Shown: piece by piece, positions 16,967 through 26,646 of the stretch
Layout of the letters: each line of letters opens with the position of its first letter
Numbering within the stretch: position 1 is the stretch's first letter
Assembly (NCBI GenBank): GCA_937901125.1
Contig: CALCGT010000059.1
Location: 1,154 to 65,153, forward strand
Length of the DNA stretch: 64,000 nucleotides
Direction: 5' to 3'
DNA from: an uncultured Clostridia bacterium
GTDB lineage: Bacteria > Bacillota > Clostridia > Lachnospirales > Anaerotignaceae
Notes under the pieces: generated by a model
What the model was told of the DNA's origin: nothing
Database searches by the model: none
What the model saw: the letters and a program-made list of their open reading frames with translations, nothing else
Program-made: the position numbers and the translations under genes

Positions 16967-18334
16967 ATGGAACAGGCGATGAAGCAGGAAAATCCCTTGA
17001 ACTATGCGCCTTTGGGCGGTTTGATACGGAAATTTGCCATACCGTCTATCATCGGCATGCTGGTGTCGGCGGCTTACAATATTACAGACCAGATCTTCAT
17101 TGGGCATACGATAGGGATGCTGGGCAATGCGGCTACCAATGTGGCTTTCCCTACGACAATGCTGCTGATGGCTTTTGCCCAGTTGATCGGCGTGGGGACC
17201 GCGGCGAATTTTAATATCAATCTTGGGGCGAAACAAAAGGAAGAAGCAGAGAGTTTTATTGGCAACGGTCTGATGCTGATGTTTTTGGTGGGCATTTTGT
17301 ATATGGCGGTGGTTTTGCTGCTGAAAACACCCATTTTGATCCTCTGCGGGGCAACGGATACGGTTTTGCCCTATGCGCAGGCATACTTGGGCATCACGGC
17401 TGTTGGGATACCTTTCCTGCTGTACAGCGGTGCCGCAAGCGTTATCATCCGTGCAGATGGAAGCCCTTCCTATTCCATGTTTTGTACCATAGTGGGGGCA
17501 GTGTTGAATGTTTTTCTGGACTGGCTGATTCTATTCGTACTTGACTAGGGTATTCAGGGGGCGACTGTGGCAACGATTGCCGGGCAGATCGTTTCTTTCG
17601 TGCTCTGTATCCGTTATTTCCCAAAATTCAAGACATTTCCTATCCGAAAGGATATGCTGAGATTGAACGGAGCTTATGTTGGACAGATTGCAAAGCTGGG
17701 GACCGGTAATTTCATTAACCATACGATCATGATGCTAGTGAATATCGTGCTGAATAATTCCCTGACGTATTATGGGGCATTGTCCATTTACGGCAGTGAC
17801 ATTCCCCTGGCGGTTTCCGGCGTAGCGGCGAAGCTGAATATGATCATGATTTCCTTTGTGGTGGGGCTTGCTCAAGGGTGTCAGCCTATTTTGGGCTTCA
17901 ATATTGGGGCAAAGCAGTATGACAGAGTAAAGGCAACCTACAAAAAAGCTGTGAAGATCGGGCTTTGTTTCAGCATCACGGCGTTTTTGCTGTTCCAGTT
18001 TTTCCCCAGACCGATCATCGGCATTTTTGGAGTTGGGGAAGAATTATATTTCCAGTTTGCGGAAAAATATCTGCGGATCTATATGTTTATGGTATTTACC
18101 TTTGGGATGCAGCCCATCACGGTAAATTATTTCACCAGCATCGGCAGTGTGAAACAGGGCATTTTCCATTCTGCCTCCAGACAGGGATTTTTGCTGCTGC
18201 CGCTGCTGCTTTTGCTGCCTTTGAAATTTGGCTTGAACGGCGTTCTTTTCGCAGGGTCCATTGCAGATGGCTTGGCGGCGATCCTTTCCATCACCATGAT
18301 TGTTATCAATTTCCGCAGCCTCACCAAATTGTAG
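16967..18334 (+). pseudogene. MATE family efflux transporter interrupted by a single in-frame TAG (17546-17548)
   Basis: ORFs 16940-17548 and 17567-18334 are in the same frame. The sequence reads through as ...NVFLDWLILFVLD*GIQGATVATIAGQIVSF..., crossing the conserved MATE G-x-G-A-x-x-A-T motif. ATG 16967 follows AGGGAGGAAGAAGG. Confidence 0.8.
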
Positions 18335-18382
18335 GCGGCCCTGAAAGAAGCGGAAGGAACTTGAGTTTTGGGCAAAAAACTG

Positions 18383-18411
18383 TTGCGAAGAGGGAGAGAA
18401 TGTGCTACAAT
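18383..18411 (+). promoter_or_regulatory. putative sigma-A promoter of secG
   Basis: TTGCGA (18383-18388), a 17-nt spacer, then TACAAT (18406-18411) with a TG extended -10 element. Confidence 0.5.
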
Positions 18412-18489
18412 ATACAAATCGTGGGATGGAGTGTCCTCGTAAACTGAAGATGTTACACTCGGAAGAGTGAAAATACAGGAGGTTTTCGT

Positions 18490-18729
18490 ATGTCTACAAT
18501 CGGTATGGTATTAACAGTTGTTTTGATGATTCTGGCAGTTGTTCTGGCAGCTATTATCCTGATGCAGTCCAAACGTTCCGCTGGCCTGGGCGCAGTGAGC
18601 GGCAGCAGCAGCGATTCTTACTGGAGCAAAAACAAAGGCAATTCTGTGGAAGGCGCACTGGAAAAATACACAAAAATTGGCGGCGCACTGTTCATGATCA
18701 TTGCGTTCATCGTAAATCTGGTAGGTTAA
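18490..18729 (+). CDS. secG: preprotein translocase subunit SecG
   Basis: 79 aa with two TM helices. MQSKRSAGLGAVSGSSS is the typical SecG loop. Confidence 0.85.
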   Translation: MSTIGMVLTVVLMILAVVLAAIILMQSKRSAGLGAVSGSSSDSYWSKNKGNSVEGALEKYTKIGGALFMIIAFIVNLVG

Positions 18730-18743
18730 GAAAAAGCGAAGGA

Positions 18744-18772
18744 AAGAGATGCCGAAAAGGTATCTCTTTTTT
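18744..18772 (+). terminator. rho-independent terminator after secG
   Basis: AAGAGAT pairs with ATCTCTT, followed by TTTTT. Confidence 0.6.
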
Positions 18773-18943
18773 GTTATATAGCAGAGAGAGCCATTTTTAT
18801 TTCATAGAGACATTTCTTTTGCTTGTAAAGGAGAATGGCGCTATGGAATAAAAGGCGATTTGCGGAGCAAATTCATTTGTAAGACGAAGTCCTGCGAATG
18901 GTTTTAGGGGAAATCGGAAATACTAGGAAAAAAGGAGAATTTT

Positions 18944-21100
18944 ATGGAAGAGATGGATATTCTGAAGGAAAGAAAAGAGAGAATCTTAGCATATATCGAA
19001 AGTGAAGACTATATACCCATGAAACGCAGGGACATGCGTGCCATGCTTTCTGTGCCTGCGGAGGACAGGGGAAAGTTTGAGTTGCTCATCAATGAACTGA
19101 TCGAGGAAGGACGGGTTTTTGAAACAAAAAAAGGTAAGCTGGCTTCTCCACGGAATCTGCAGATGGCGACAGGTACCTTTATTGGTCACGCAAGGGGCTT
19201 TGGTTTTGTGACGCCTGAGGAAGGCGGCGATGATATCTTTATCCCTGCCAGCGAGACCTTGGGTGCTATGCAGAAGGATAAAGTCCTTTACAAAGTGCTG
19301 CATAAAGCAGAAAAAGGCAAGAAGGCCGATGGTGTCATCGTGCGGATATTGGAACGGGGACAGCAGCGCATCGTCGGCACCTTTGAAGCGGGCAGCAAGG
19401 GCTATGGCTTCGTCGTAGCCGATGATAAAAAGATTGCCAAGGATATTTTTGTTTCCAGAGACCATACGAAAGGCGCGGTGACCGGACATAAGGTCGTTGT
19501 GGAGATCATCGATTACGGCGAGGATAGACGCAATCCTGAGGGGAAAGTGGTAGAGATTTTGGGGCATGTGAATGACCCCGGTGTGGATATTCTGTCTGTC
19601 ATCCGTAGATATGACCTGGCGGTGGAATTTCCCGATGCAGTCTATGAGGAGATCGAAACCATCGGTGCGGAAGTGGCAGAAGAGGACAAAAAGAGCAGAG
19701 AAGACCTGCGAGACCTGCGGACCATCACCATCGACGGCGAGGATGCCAAAGACTTGGACGATGCCATTTCCCTGAGAAAGTTGGGGAATGGCAATTTCGA
19801 ACTGGGCGTGCATATTGCCGATGTTTCCCATTATGTAAGGGAACATACGGAATTGGACAAGGAGGCCTATGCCAGAGGGACAAGCGTGTATCTGGTGGAC
19901 AGGGTCATTCCTATGCTGCCCCATAAGCTGAGCAACGGTATTTGTTCTCTGAACCCCCATGTGGACAGACTGGCCCTTAGCTGTATCATGGAGTTGAACC
20001 AGAAAGGGGAAGTGGTGAGCCACCGCATTGCGGAAACCCTCATCAATTCCGATTATCGTATGACCTATACAGCGGTGCGTGAGATTTTGGAGGATGAGAC
20101 CCCTGAACTGCAGGAACAGTATGGGGAAATTTTGCCTATGCTGGAGGATATGGAAGAGCTGCGCCAGATTTTAGGGGCAAAGAGAAGAAAAAGGGGTTCT
20201 GTGAATTTTGATCTGCCTGAATCCAAGATCATTCTGGATGAAAACGGCAAGCCCATCGATATCAGACCCTACGAAAGAAGCATTGCTACAAATATGATCG
20301 AAGAATTTATGCTGGTGTGCAACGAGACCATCGCGGAAAATTCCTTCTGGCAGGAAATGCCCTTCATGTACCGCAGCCATCAGGAGCCTGATGAGGAAAA
20401 ACTGGAAAAAATGGAACAGTTCCTGAGGGGCTTTGGCTATTATCTGCGGAAGAAGGACGGCGAGATCCACCCTCGTGAAATTCAGAAGGTGCTACAAAAG
20501 GCAGAGGGGACAGATGAAGAACGCATCATCACCCGTATGGTGCTGCGGAGTATGATGCAGGCCAGGTATACGGCAGAAAACGGCGGACACTTTGGGCTGG
20601 CGGCGAAATATTACTGCCACTTCACTTCCCCAATTCGCAGATATCCTGATTTGGAAATCCACCGTATGATCAAAAAAATGCTCCATGGTGAGCTGGATGA
20701 AAAATCCTCTCTGGAATATCTCAGAAAAATGCCCGATTGGGCAAAGCATTGCTCCAAACAGGAACGCATTGCGGAGGATGCGGAACGGGACACCGATGCG
20801 TTGAAAAAAGTGGAATATATGGAAGATAAAATCGGTCAAATTTACGAAGGCATCATTTCCGGCGTAACCAACTGGGGCATCTATGTGGAACTGCCCAATA
20901 CTATCGAAGGGATGGTTTCTCTGGCGCAGATGGATGATGATTATTATGAATTCGATGAAAAAAATATGCTGGTGTTTGGCAAGCGGACGAAGAAAAGTTA
21001 TCGCCTCGGGGATCGGGTGACGGTTTCTGTGGCGAAGGTAGACCGCATGATGGGTACCATCGATTTTGTCTTTGAGGAAGAATTGGAAGATTTTATGTAA
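18944..21100 (+). CDS. rnr: ribonuclease R
   Basis: 718 aa with cold-shock-like N-domains, an RNB catalytic domain (ITIDGEDAKDLDDAIS) and a C-terminal S1 domain. Confidence 0.95.
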   Translation: MEEMDILKERKERILAYIESEDYIPMKRRDMRAMLSVPAEDRGKFELLINELIEEGRVFETKKGKLASPRNLQMATGTFIGHARGFGFVTPEEGGDDIFIPASETLGAMQKDKVLYKVLHKAEKGKKADGVIVRILERGQQRIVGTFEAGSKGYGFVVADDKKIAKDIFVSRDHTKGAVTGHKVVVEIIDYGEDRRNPEGKVVEILGHVNDPGVDILSVIRRYDLAVEFPDAVYEEIETIGAEVAEEDKKSREDLRDLRTITIDGEDAKDLDDAISLRKLGNGNFELGVHIADVSHYVREHTELDKEAYARGTSVYLVDRVIPMLPHKLSNGICSLNPHVDRLALSCIMELNQKGEVVSHRIAETLINSDYRMTYTAVREILEDETPELQEQYGEILPMLEDMEELRQILGAKRRKRGSVNFDLPESKIILDENGKPIDIRPYERSIATNMIEEFMLVCNETIAENSFWQEMPFMYRSHQEPDEEKLEKMEQFLRGFGYYLRKKDGEIHPREIQKVLQKAEGTDEERIITRMVLRSMMQARYTAENGGHFGLAAKYYCHFTSPIRRYPDLEIHRMIKKMLHGELDEKSSLEYLRKMPDWAKHCSKQERIAEDAERDTDALKKVEYMEDKIGQIYEGIISGVTNWGIYVELPNTIEGMVSLAQMDDDYYEFDEKNMLVFGKRTKKSYRLGDRVTVSVAKVDRMMGTIDFVFEEELEDFM

Positions 21101-21102
21101 AA

Positions 21103-21143
21103 GAAAACCCTCTTGTCCAATAGGATGAGAGGGTTCTTTTTTT
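21103..21143. terminator. bidirectional terminator between convergent rnr and RDD gene
   Basis: AACCCTCT (21106-21113) pairs with AGAGGGTT (21128-21135). It is flanked by an A-run and a T-run. Confidence 0.7.
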
Positions 21144-22323
21144 ATGTTTCAGTTGAGGCAAGTTCCATGTGCTGTTCCAGGGTGAAGGTCAGGGAATAAT
21201 AAGTTTCTTCTGCATCATCATCGGCGAAAAGATAATAGCTATCGTGCTTCTGTGCGTCATCATAGCCAATGAGGGTCACTTTCTGAGAGATGCGGAGATT
21301 TCCTGTTTCGATGGTGTAGGTGCTGTAGGGATGCTCTTCGATATATTCCATGACAGAAGGAATATAGGCGGGAGATTGTTCCTCTGCATCATCGTATGGT
21401 AAGACATGACCCTCCACCTTCATGAGGTCGGGATAGTAAAAGCCGATTTGCGTCCGCAAAAGAGCGGCGGTCAGCCATGTTTTTTCGGGGGAAGGGGCTA
21501 GAAGATCACCTTCGGTATCTTCCGCAGTAAAGGAGAAGGACAGCAGTTTCCCACTCAATTCTTTAACGGTAGGTTCTGAGAGGGTGATGGAGGAAAGGAA
21601 GATAGGGCCCTGTTGCGGTTCTTTCCATTTCCCTTCGGGTGTCAGCATGTAGACATCTTCGACTTCGAAGTATTTTAGTTGATGGTTATAATTTTTCGCA
21701 AATTCTGCAACGCTCAGACAGCCTTTGTTGGGTGGAGTCATCTGCCAAAAACCAATGCCGATCATAAGGAGCGTAGTGGCGGCTATAACCCCTAGATAGC
21801 TAAAAACAGAAATGGCACGGAAGGGCTTTGCTTCGTAGCGGAGTTCTTTGTCCCACTCCATGATGCCATTATCCCGACAGATTTTATAGGACTGATAGTT
21901 GCGATAAAGGTTATAGAAGGGGATACCATAGCCTTCCCCTTGGAAGAATACCTGTTTTGTTCGTGCAAAGGCTTCTTGTCGGGTCAGCAATCCGCCGTCT
22001 TTATTATGGATAGAAAGTCCGAAAAGCCATTTGCCCGGTGTTTTGCCCCATTTGGCAAGGAAGAATGGCTCCAACAGGAAAACAATGCCCCAGCAGAGAT
22101 AACTGTCAAGAATTTCCAGAAGAAGGTTTCTGTCAGAAAAATTGATACCCAGAAAGACCGCAAGGATAACCTGATACACCGTCTGGATCAGCCCAAAATC
22201 CAACCCGCGGGCAAAATATCGCCGCCAGGGATAGGGTGCCTTCGGCGGCACGAAAGCCGATTCCCGTTCGCAGGGTTCCTTGAGCCAAGGTGCAAGAGAA
22301 TTTGTTGTAGGTTCCATTGTCAT
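21142..22323 (-). CDS. RDD family membrane protein with C-terminal extracytoplasmic domain
   Basis: The N-terminal region RRYFARGLDFGLIQTVYQVIL with multiple TM helices is an RDD-domain pattern. The C-terminal roughly 200 aa has no recognisable family. Confidence 0.7.
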   Translation of the reverse strand: MTMEPTTNSLAPWLKEPCERESAFVPPKAPYPWRRYFARGLDFGLIQTVYQVILAVFLGINFSDRNLLLEILDSYLCWGIVFLLEPFFLAKWGKTPGKWLFGLSIHNKDGGLLTRQEAFARTKQVFFQGEGYGIPFYNLYRNYQSYKICRDNGIMEWDKELRYEAKPFRAISVFSYLGVIAATTLLMIGIGFWQMTPPNKGCLSVAEFAKNYNHQLKYFEVEDVYMLTPEGKWKEPQQGPIFLSSITLSEPTVKELSGKLLSFSFTAEDTEGDLLAPSPEKTWLTAALLRTQIGFYYPDLMKVEGHVLPYDDAEEQSPAYIPSVMEYIEEHPYSTYTIETGNLRISQKVTLIGYDDAQKHDSYYLFADDDAEETYYSLTFTLEQHMELASTET

Positions 22324-22596
22324 AAATATACCCCCTTTCTTTTTGAAACATCAAACTTTTCCACTCTCATTATAGCAGAAAAAGTTGGGCTGCGGGTAAA
22401 ACCTATGTAAATTTAAGGTAACCGTAAGAATTGGCATTTTGCGGAGGAGAAAAATGGAAAGAAGCTTGAAAAATGGACATTCCTTGTAAATAAATTGAAA
22501 TATTTGTCATCGAATCGTCATTTGATTTTTTTCATATTCTATGGTATAGTTATTTCTACAGTAAGAGTGGAAAGACAAAGAAGCAGGTGATTCTGT

Positions 22597-23070
22597 ATGG
22601 CAAAGGCGAAGGGAACAAAGCTGATTGCTCAAAACAAAAAAGCATATCATGATTATTTCATCGAAGAAACCATACAAGCCGGCATTTCTTTGGCAGGGAC
22701 AGAGGTGAAAAGCCTGCGGGCGGGCAAGTGCAGCCTGAAGGAAAGCTACATCCAGATCAAGGATGGGGAAGCCTTCATCTATAACATGCACATCAGCCCC
22801 TATGAACAGGGCAATATTTTCAATAAAGACCCCCTGCGCCCTAGAAGGCTGCTGCTGCATAAGGTACAGATCCGCAAATGGGACCATGAGGTTCGTGCTG
22901 CGGGCTATACGGTGGTTCCTCTGAAGGTTTATTTTGATCGTAGCTATGTGAAAGTAGATGTTGCGCTGGCAAAGGGTAAAAAACTCTATGATAAGAGGGA
23001 TACCATTGCGAAAAATGATGTTCGCCGTCAGGCGGAAAAAGACTTTAAAATCAGAAATCTTACTTTGTAA
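22597..23070 (+). CDS. smpB: SsrA-binding protein
   Basis: 157 aa. KAYHDYFIEETIQAGISLAGTEVKSLR is the canonical SmpB N-terminus. It lies directly upstream of the tmRNA. Confidence 0.95.
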   Translation: MAKAKGTKLIAQNKKAYHDYFIEETIQAGISLAGTEVKSLRAGKCSLKESYIQIKDGEAFIYNMHISPYEQGNIFNKDPLRPRRLLLHKVQIRKWDHEVRAAGYTVVPLKVYFDRSYVKVDVALAKGKKLYDKRDTIAKNDVRRQAEKDFKIRNLTL

Positions 23071-23142
23071 AGATTTGTCGTTTCACACCATTTCTCTTTT
23101 GTGAGCGGAGAGATTCCAAAACGGAAAAAACTTCACTACCAA

Positions 23143-23498
23143 GGGGATGCAATGGTTTCGACGGGAGTCTTGAAAGTAGGGATAGCCATCCGCGGACCAG
23201 TGAACCGCGTCATCAAGCTGGAACCTTTTTTAAAAAGAAACGACAAAAATAATTTTGCACTGGCTGCCTAATTAACGGCGCCTGTCGGCCTCCGGTTTCT
23301 CACCGCCGGAGAATCCGGCATCGACTTGGTGGGGCACTTTTCTGCCTAAGCTTTGCGGTAGGAAAAGATTCATGAAGCTACTGAGGGACAAAGCCTGTCA
23401 TTCGGCGTTGTAACGAGGGAATGTCAAAAGACTGACTGTGATGGGAGAAGTTCTTATGGATGGGTTTTCGGACAGGGGTTCAATTCCCCTCATCTCCA
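23143..23498 (+). ncRNA. ssrA: transfer-messenger RNA
   Basis: The 5-prime end is GGGGATGCAATGGTTTCGACGGG. The 3-prime end GGACAGGGGTTCAATTCCCCTCATCTCCA forms a tRNA-Ala-like acceptor with a G3-U70 pair. The tag ORF ends ...GAC AAA AAT AAT TTT GCA CTG GCT GCC TAA (..DKNNFALAA). CCA is not encoded. Confidence 0.92.
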
Positions 23499-23502
23499 TT
23501 CA

Positions 23503-23540
23503 AAAGCCTTGAAAATAATATGTTTTCAAGGCTTTTTCTT
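23503..23540 (+). terminator. terminator after ssrA
   Basis: AAGCCTTGAAAA (23504-23515) pairs with TTTTCAAGGCTT (23523-23534), then TTTTC. Confidence 0.75.
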
Positions 23541-23785
23541 TTATGGCAGGAAAAGAGAGCAAAATCGATGAGGAAAAGAAAAACATAGCAGTGTTTTTTG
23601 TGAATACAGCATGCGATTGGCGGAGGATATGCGGGATGTCCTGAAAGATTTTCTTGATAATGTTATCAAAAAATGTCACATAATGGAATTGATTTCAATT
23701 TTTATTATAGAGAAAGTATTATCAATAATCCGCATATATACACTGGTTTTTTATTCAAATTGAATATATTGTTTCTCTGGAAGTA

Positions 23786-23815
23786 TTGACATTTTGGCAC
23801 ATTTGAGTATATACT
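23786..23815 (+). promoter_or_regulatory. putative sigma-A promoter of the polyol ABC operon
   Basis: TTGACA (23786-23791), an 18-nt spacer, then TATACT (23810-23815). This leaves a 185-nt leader. Confidence 0.45.
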
Positions 23816-24000
23816 TAATAAAAATAAGTACAATCTCAAAATATCATATAAAGGTTCTACGAAAAATAAGCACAATGGGAAAGCGTTAAAATGCAGCCAT
23901 GTGTAACGTAATACTCAAAAGCTTATTTCTAAAAAGTAACACAATCAACAAGTACTAACGGGCTTTTTTATATGGTCTGTATTACGGAAGGGAGGAACCT

Positions 24001-25509
24001 ATGGGGGACGATATCAAACTTCGGGTTTCAAAAATTGAAAAATCTTTTCCGGGTGTAAAGGCGTTGGACAAAATTGACTTTACAGTTAGAAAAGGGACTG
24101 TACATGCGCTTTGTGGTGAAAATGGTGCAGGTAAGTCCACACTGATGAAAATCATTAACGGGATCTATAAACCCGATGCCGGCGAAATCTATATCGATGA
24201 ACAGCCGGTAAAAATCAAAGATCCTATCAAAGCGAGATCCCTGGGGATCGCTATGATCGCACAGGAATTGAACTATGTACCTGAGATGTCTGTAGAAGAA
24301 AATATCTTCTTGGGACGTCTGCCTGTGGATAAGCTAGGCAGAGTTAAGTGGAGAGAAGTGCGGGAAAAAACAGTAAAACTGCTGCAAGACGAGCATCTCC
24401 CTTATAAACCTACAGATAAGCTGAAAATGCTGACAACATCTGATATTCAGATGCTGGAGATCATGAAGGCTATCTCCAATGATGCATCCATCATCGTAAT
24501 GGATGAACCTACTTCCTCTATCACACAGAAAGAAGTAGAACTGCTGTTCAAGAAAATCGAGATCTTGAAGGCGAAGGGCTGTGCCATCATCTATATTTCC
24601 CATAAGATGGATGAAGTATTCCGTATCGCTGATGATATTACAGTATTCCGTGATGGTACTGTAGTCAAGAGCATGCGGGCGGAAGATACGAATATCGACG
24701 AGGTCATCGCACTGATGGTAGGCCGTCGTATGGAAAATGTATATCCGAAAGAAGAGATCGAGATCGGCGAACCTCTGCTGGAGGTAGAAGGTCTGAAGAG
24801 TGGTCAGCTGTTCGAGGATGTTTCGTTCCATGTTGGCAAAGGTGAGATCGTTGGCTTTGCAGGTCTGGTCGGTGCCGGCCGTACAGAAGTAATGCGTACC
24901 TTGTTTGGTCTGGAACATATTGATGCTGGTACTGTAAAGGTACATGGCAAAGAGGTCGACATCAAAAGAGTATCTGACAGTACAAAAGCAGGCATGGTAA
25001 TGCTGTCTGAAGACCGTCGTCGTTATGGTATCATTCCCATGAGAAGTGTTCGGGAAAACGCCAGCCTGTCCTCTTTGGAAAAATTCTTCTATGGCGGTCG
25101 TGCCCATAGAAGAGAAGAAGAGGAGATGGTTGCAAAATATTTTGAAAAAATGAGCGTGAAAACACCTTCTCAGGAAACAGCGATCCAGTCTCTGTCCGGT
25201 GGTAACCAGCAGAAAGTATTGCTGGCAAAATGGATGATGCGTGATCCTGAAGTCATGATCTTGGACGAACCTACAAGAGGGATTGACGTAGGTGCGAAAT
25301 TTGAAATCTATAAACTGATGACTGAAGTGGCACAAGCAGGTAAAGCAGTAGTAATGGTTTCCTCTGAGCTGCCGGAATTGATCGGTATGTGTGACAGAAT
25401 CTATGTTATGAACCAGGGACATATCGCTGGTGAACTGAAACGAGAGGAATTCTCTCAGGAAGCGATCATGGTTTATGCTACTGGTACACATAGCATTATT
25501 CAGGAATAA
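24001..25509 (+). CDS. sugar ABC transporter ATP-binding protein (duplicated ATPase, RbsA/MglA type)
   Basis: Two ABC cassettes with Walker A GENGAGKST and signature LSGGNQQK. 502 aa. Confidence 0.9.
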   Translation: MGDDIKLRVSKIEKSFPGVKALDKIDFTVRKGTVHALCGENGAGKSTLMKIINGIYKPDAGEIYIDEQPVKIKDPIKARSLGIAMIAQELNYVPEMSVEENIFLGRLPVDKLGRVKWREVREKTVKLLQDEHLPYKPTDKLKMLTTSDIQMLEIMKAISNDASIIVMDEPTSSITQKEVELLFKKIEILKAKGCAIIYISHKMDEVFRIADDITVFRDGTVVKSMRAEDTNIDEVIALMVGRRMENVYPKEEIEIGEPLLEVEGLKSGQLFEDVSFHVGKGEIVGFAGLVGAGRTEVMRTLFGLEHIDAGTVKVHGKEVDIKRVSDSTKAGMVMLSEDRRRYGIIPMRSVRENASLSSLEKFFYGGRAHRREEEEMVAKYFEKMSVKTPSQETAIQSLSGGNQQKVLLAKWMMRDPEVMILDEPTRGIDVGAKFEIYKLMTEVAQAGKAVVMVSSELPELIGMCDRIYVMNQGHIAGELKREEFSQEAIMVYATGTHSIIQE

Positions 25510-25527
25510 AAAAGGAGGAGATCTAAA

Positions 25528-26547
25528 GTGAAAAATAGTAAAGCTAGTCAATTGATGACGAAATACTCAATTTTCTTTGTTCTGTTGATAATGATCATCA
25601 TTTCTACTTTGATGAACCCCAACTTCTTGAGCGGGAGAAACTTGACAAATATTGCTGTGCAGTTGGCAGTAGGCACGATTCTGGCCTATGGTGAAATGGT
25701 GCTGATCGTCAGCGGTCTGCTGGATCTGTCTTCCGGTGCGGTATTGGCTTTGGCCGGCGTATTGTCTGTCAGCGTTTATAAAACTACGGGCAATCTGCTG
25801 CTGGCTATCATCGTTTCTCTCGTTGTTGCGATTATTTTCAATATGATCAACGCATTCTTTGTAGCAAACTTTGCGATGCCGGCCTTTATCGTGACCCTGG
25901 CAACGCAGATGGCTGCCAGAGGTCTGGCTCTGCTGTATACATCCGGTCAGAATATTCTGCAGATTGGCAACTACGCAAAGCTGGGGCAGGGCAAGCTGGG
26001 TCCTGTTCCCATTCCTGTAATCTTTATGATCGTCGCCACTTTAGCGATCGCATACATAATGAACCACACCAAGCTGGGACGTTCCTTCTATGCTATCGGC
26101 GGTAATGAAGAAGCATCTATCGCTTCTGGTATCAATGTTGTAAAATCCAAATATCTGGCATTCCTGATCAATGGTGTTTTGGTTGGTATCGCTGGCGTAT
26201 TGTTCATGGCTCGTGTAAACGCTGGCCTGCCCAATGGTGCGGTTGGTTACGAAATGGAAGGTCTGACAGCTGCCATCGTTGGTGGTACAAGCTTCTCCGG
26301 CGGTGTTGGTACAACATCCGGTACACTGATCGGTTCCTTCATCATCGGCTGTCTGAACAACATCATGAACCTGAAGGGCGTAGACTCCTATGTTCAGCAG
26401 GTTGTTAAGGGCGGTATCATCGTAGCGGCTGTTCTGTATGATACTCGTTTCAAAAACAAAAAAGCACCGAAAGTGATCCTGCAGAAAAAGGATGAAAATA
26501 CGGATAATACAGAAAAGAAAGACGAAACACCTGCAGCAAAAGCATAA
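25528..26547 (+). CDS. sugar ABC transporter permease (RbsC type)
   Basis: GTG start after AAAAGGAGGAG. It is polytopic, with the Bpd_transp_2-like pattern. Confidence 0.85.
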   Translation: MKNSKASQLMTKYSIFFVLLIMIIISTLMNPNFLSGRNLTNIAVQLAVGTILAYGEMVLIVSGLLDLSSGAVLALAGVLSVSVYKTTGNLLLAIIVSLVVAIIFNMINAFFVANFAMPAFIVTLATQMAARGLALLYTSGQNILQIGNYAKLGQGKLGPVPIPVIFMIVATLAIAYIMNHTKLGRSFYAIGGNEEASIASGINVVKSKYLAFLINGVLVGIAGVLFMARVNAGLPNGAVGYEMEGLTAAIVGGTSFSGGVGTTSGTLIGSFIIGCLNNIMNLKGVDSYVQQVVKGGIIVAAVLYDTRFKNKKAPKVILQKKDENTDNTEKKDETPAAKA

Positions 26548-26646
26548 GCCTCATTTCCTTGCAAAGGCTTTTATTTGAGCATTCAAATTCAAATAGAGCA
26601 AAAATTTCTCACAAGAAAATTTCAAAAAAGAAAGGGAGAGAGTAAC

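Noticed and set aside
17546-17548. Pyrrolysine (TAG) or selenocysteine (TGA at 37194) recoding, or an alternative genetic code, as the explanation for the two in-frame stops.
   Set aside because: TGA and TAG are used as ordinary stops by many well-defined genes in this window (for example cls, terS, terL and the XkdR-like gene). Neither context is a methyltransferase or redox active site, and no SECIS-like hairpin is evident. A nonsense mutation or sequencing error is more parsimonious.
23895-23915. A catabolite-responsive element (cre) in the polyol operon leader (TGTAACGTAATACT).
   Set aside because: The spacing is off by one relative to the TGWAANCGNTNWCA consensus, so it does not fit.
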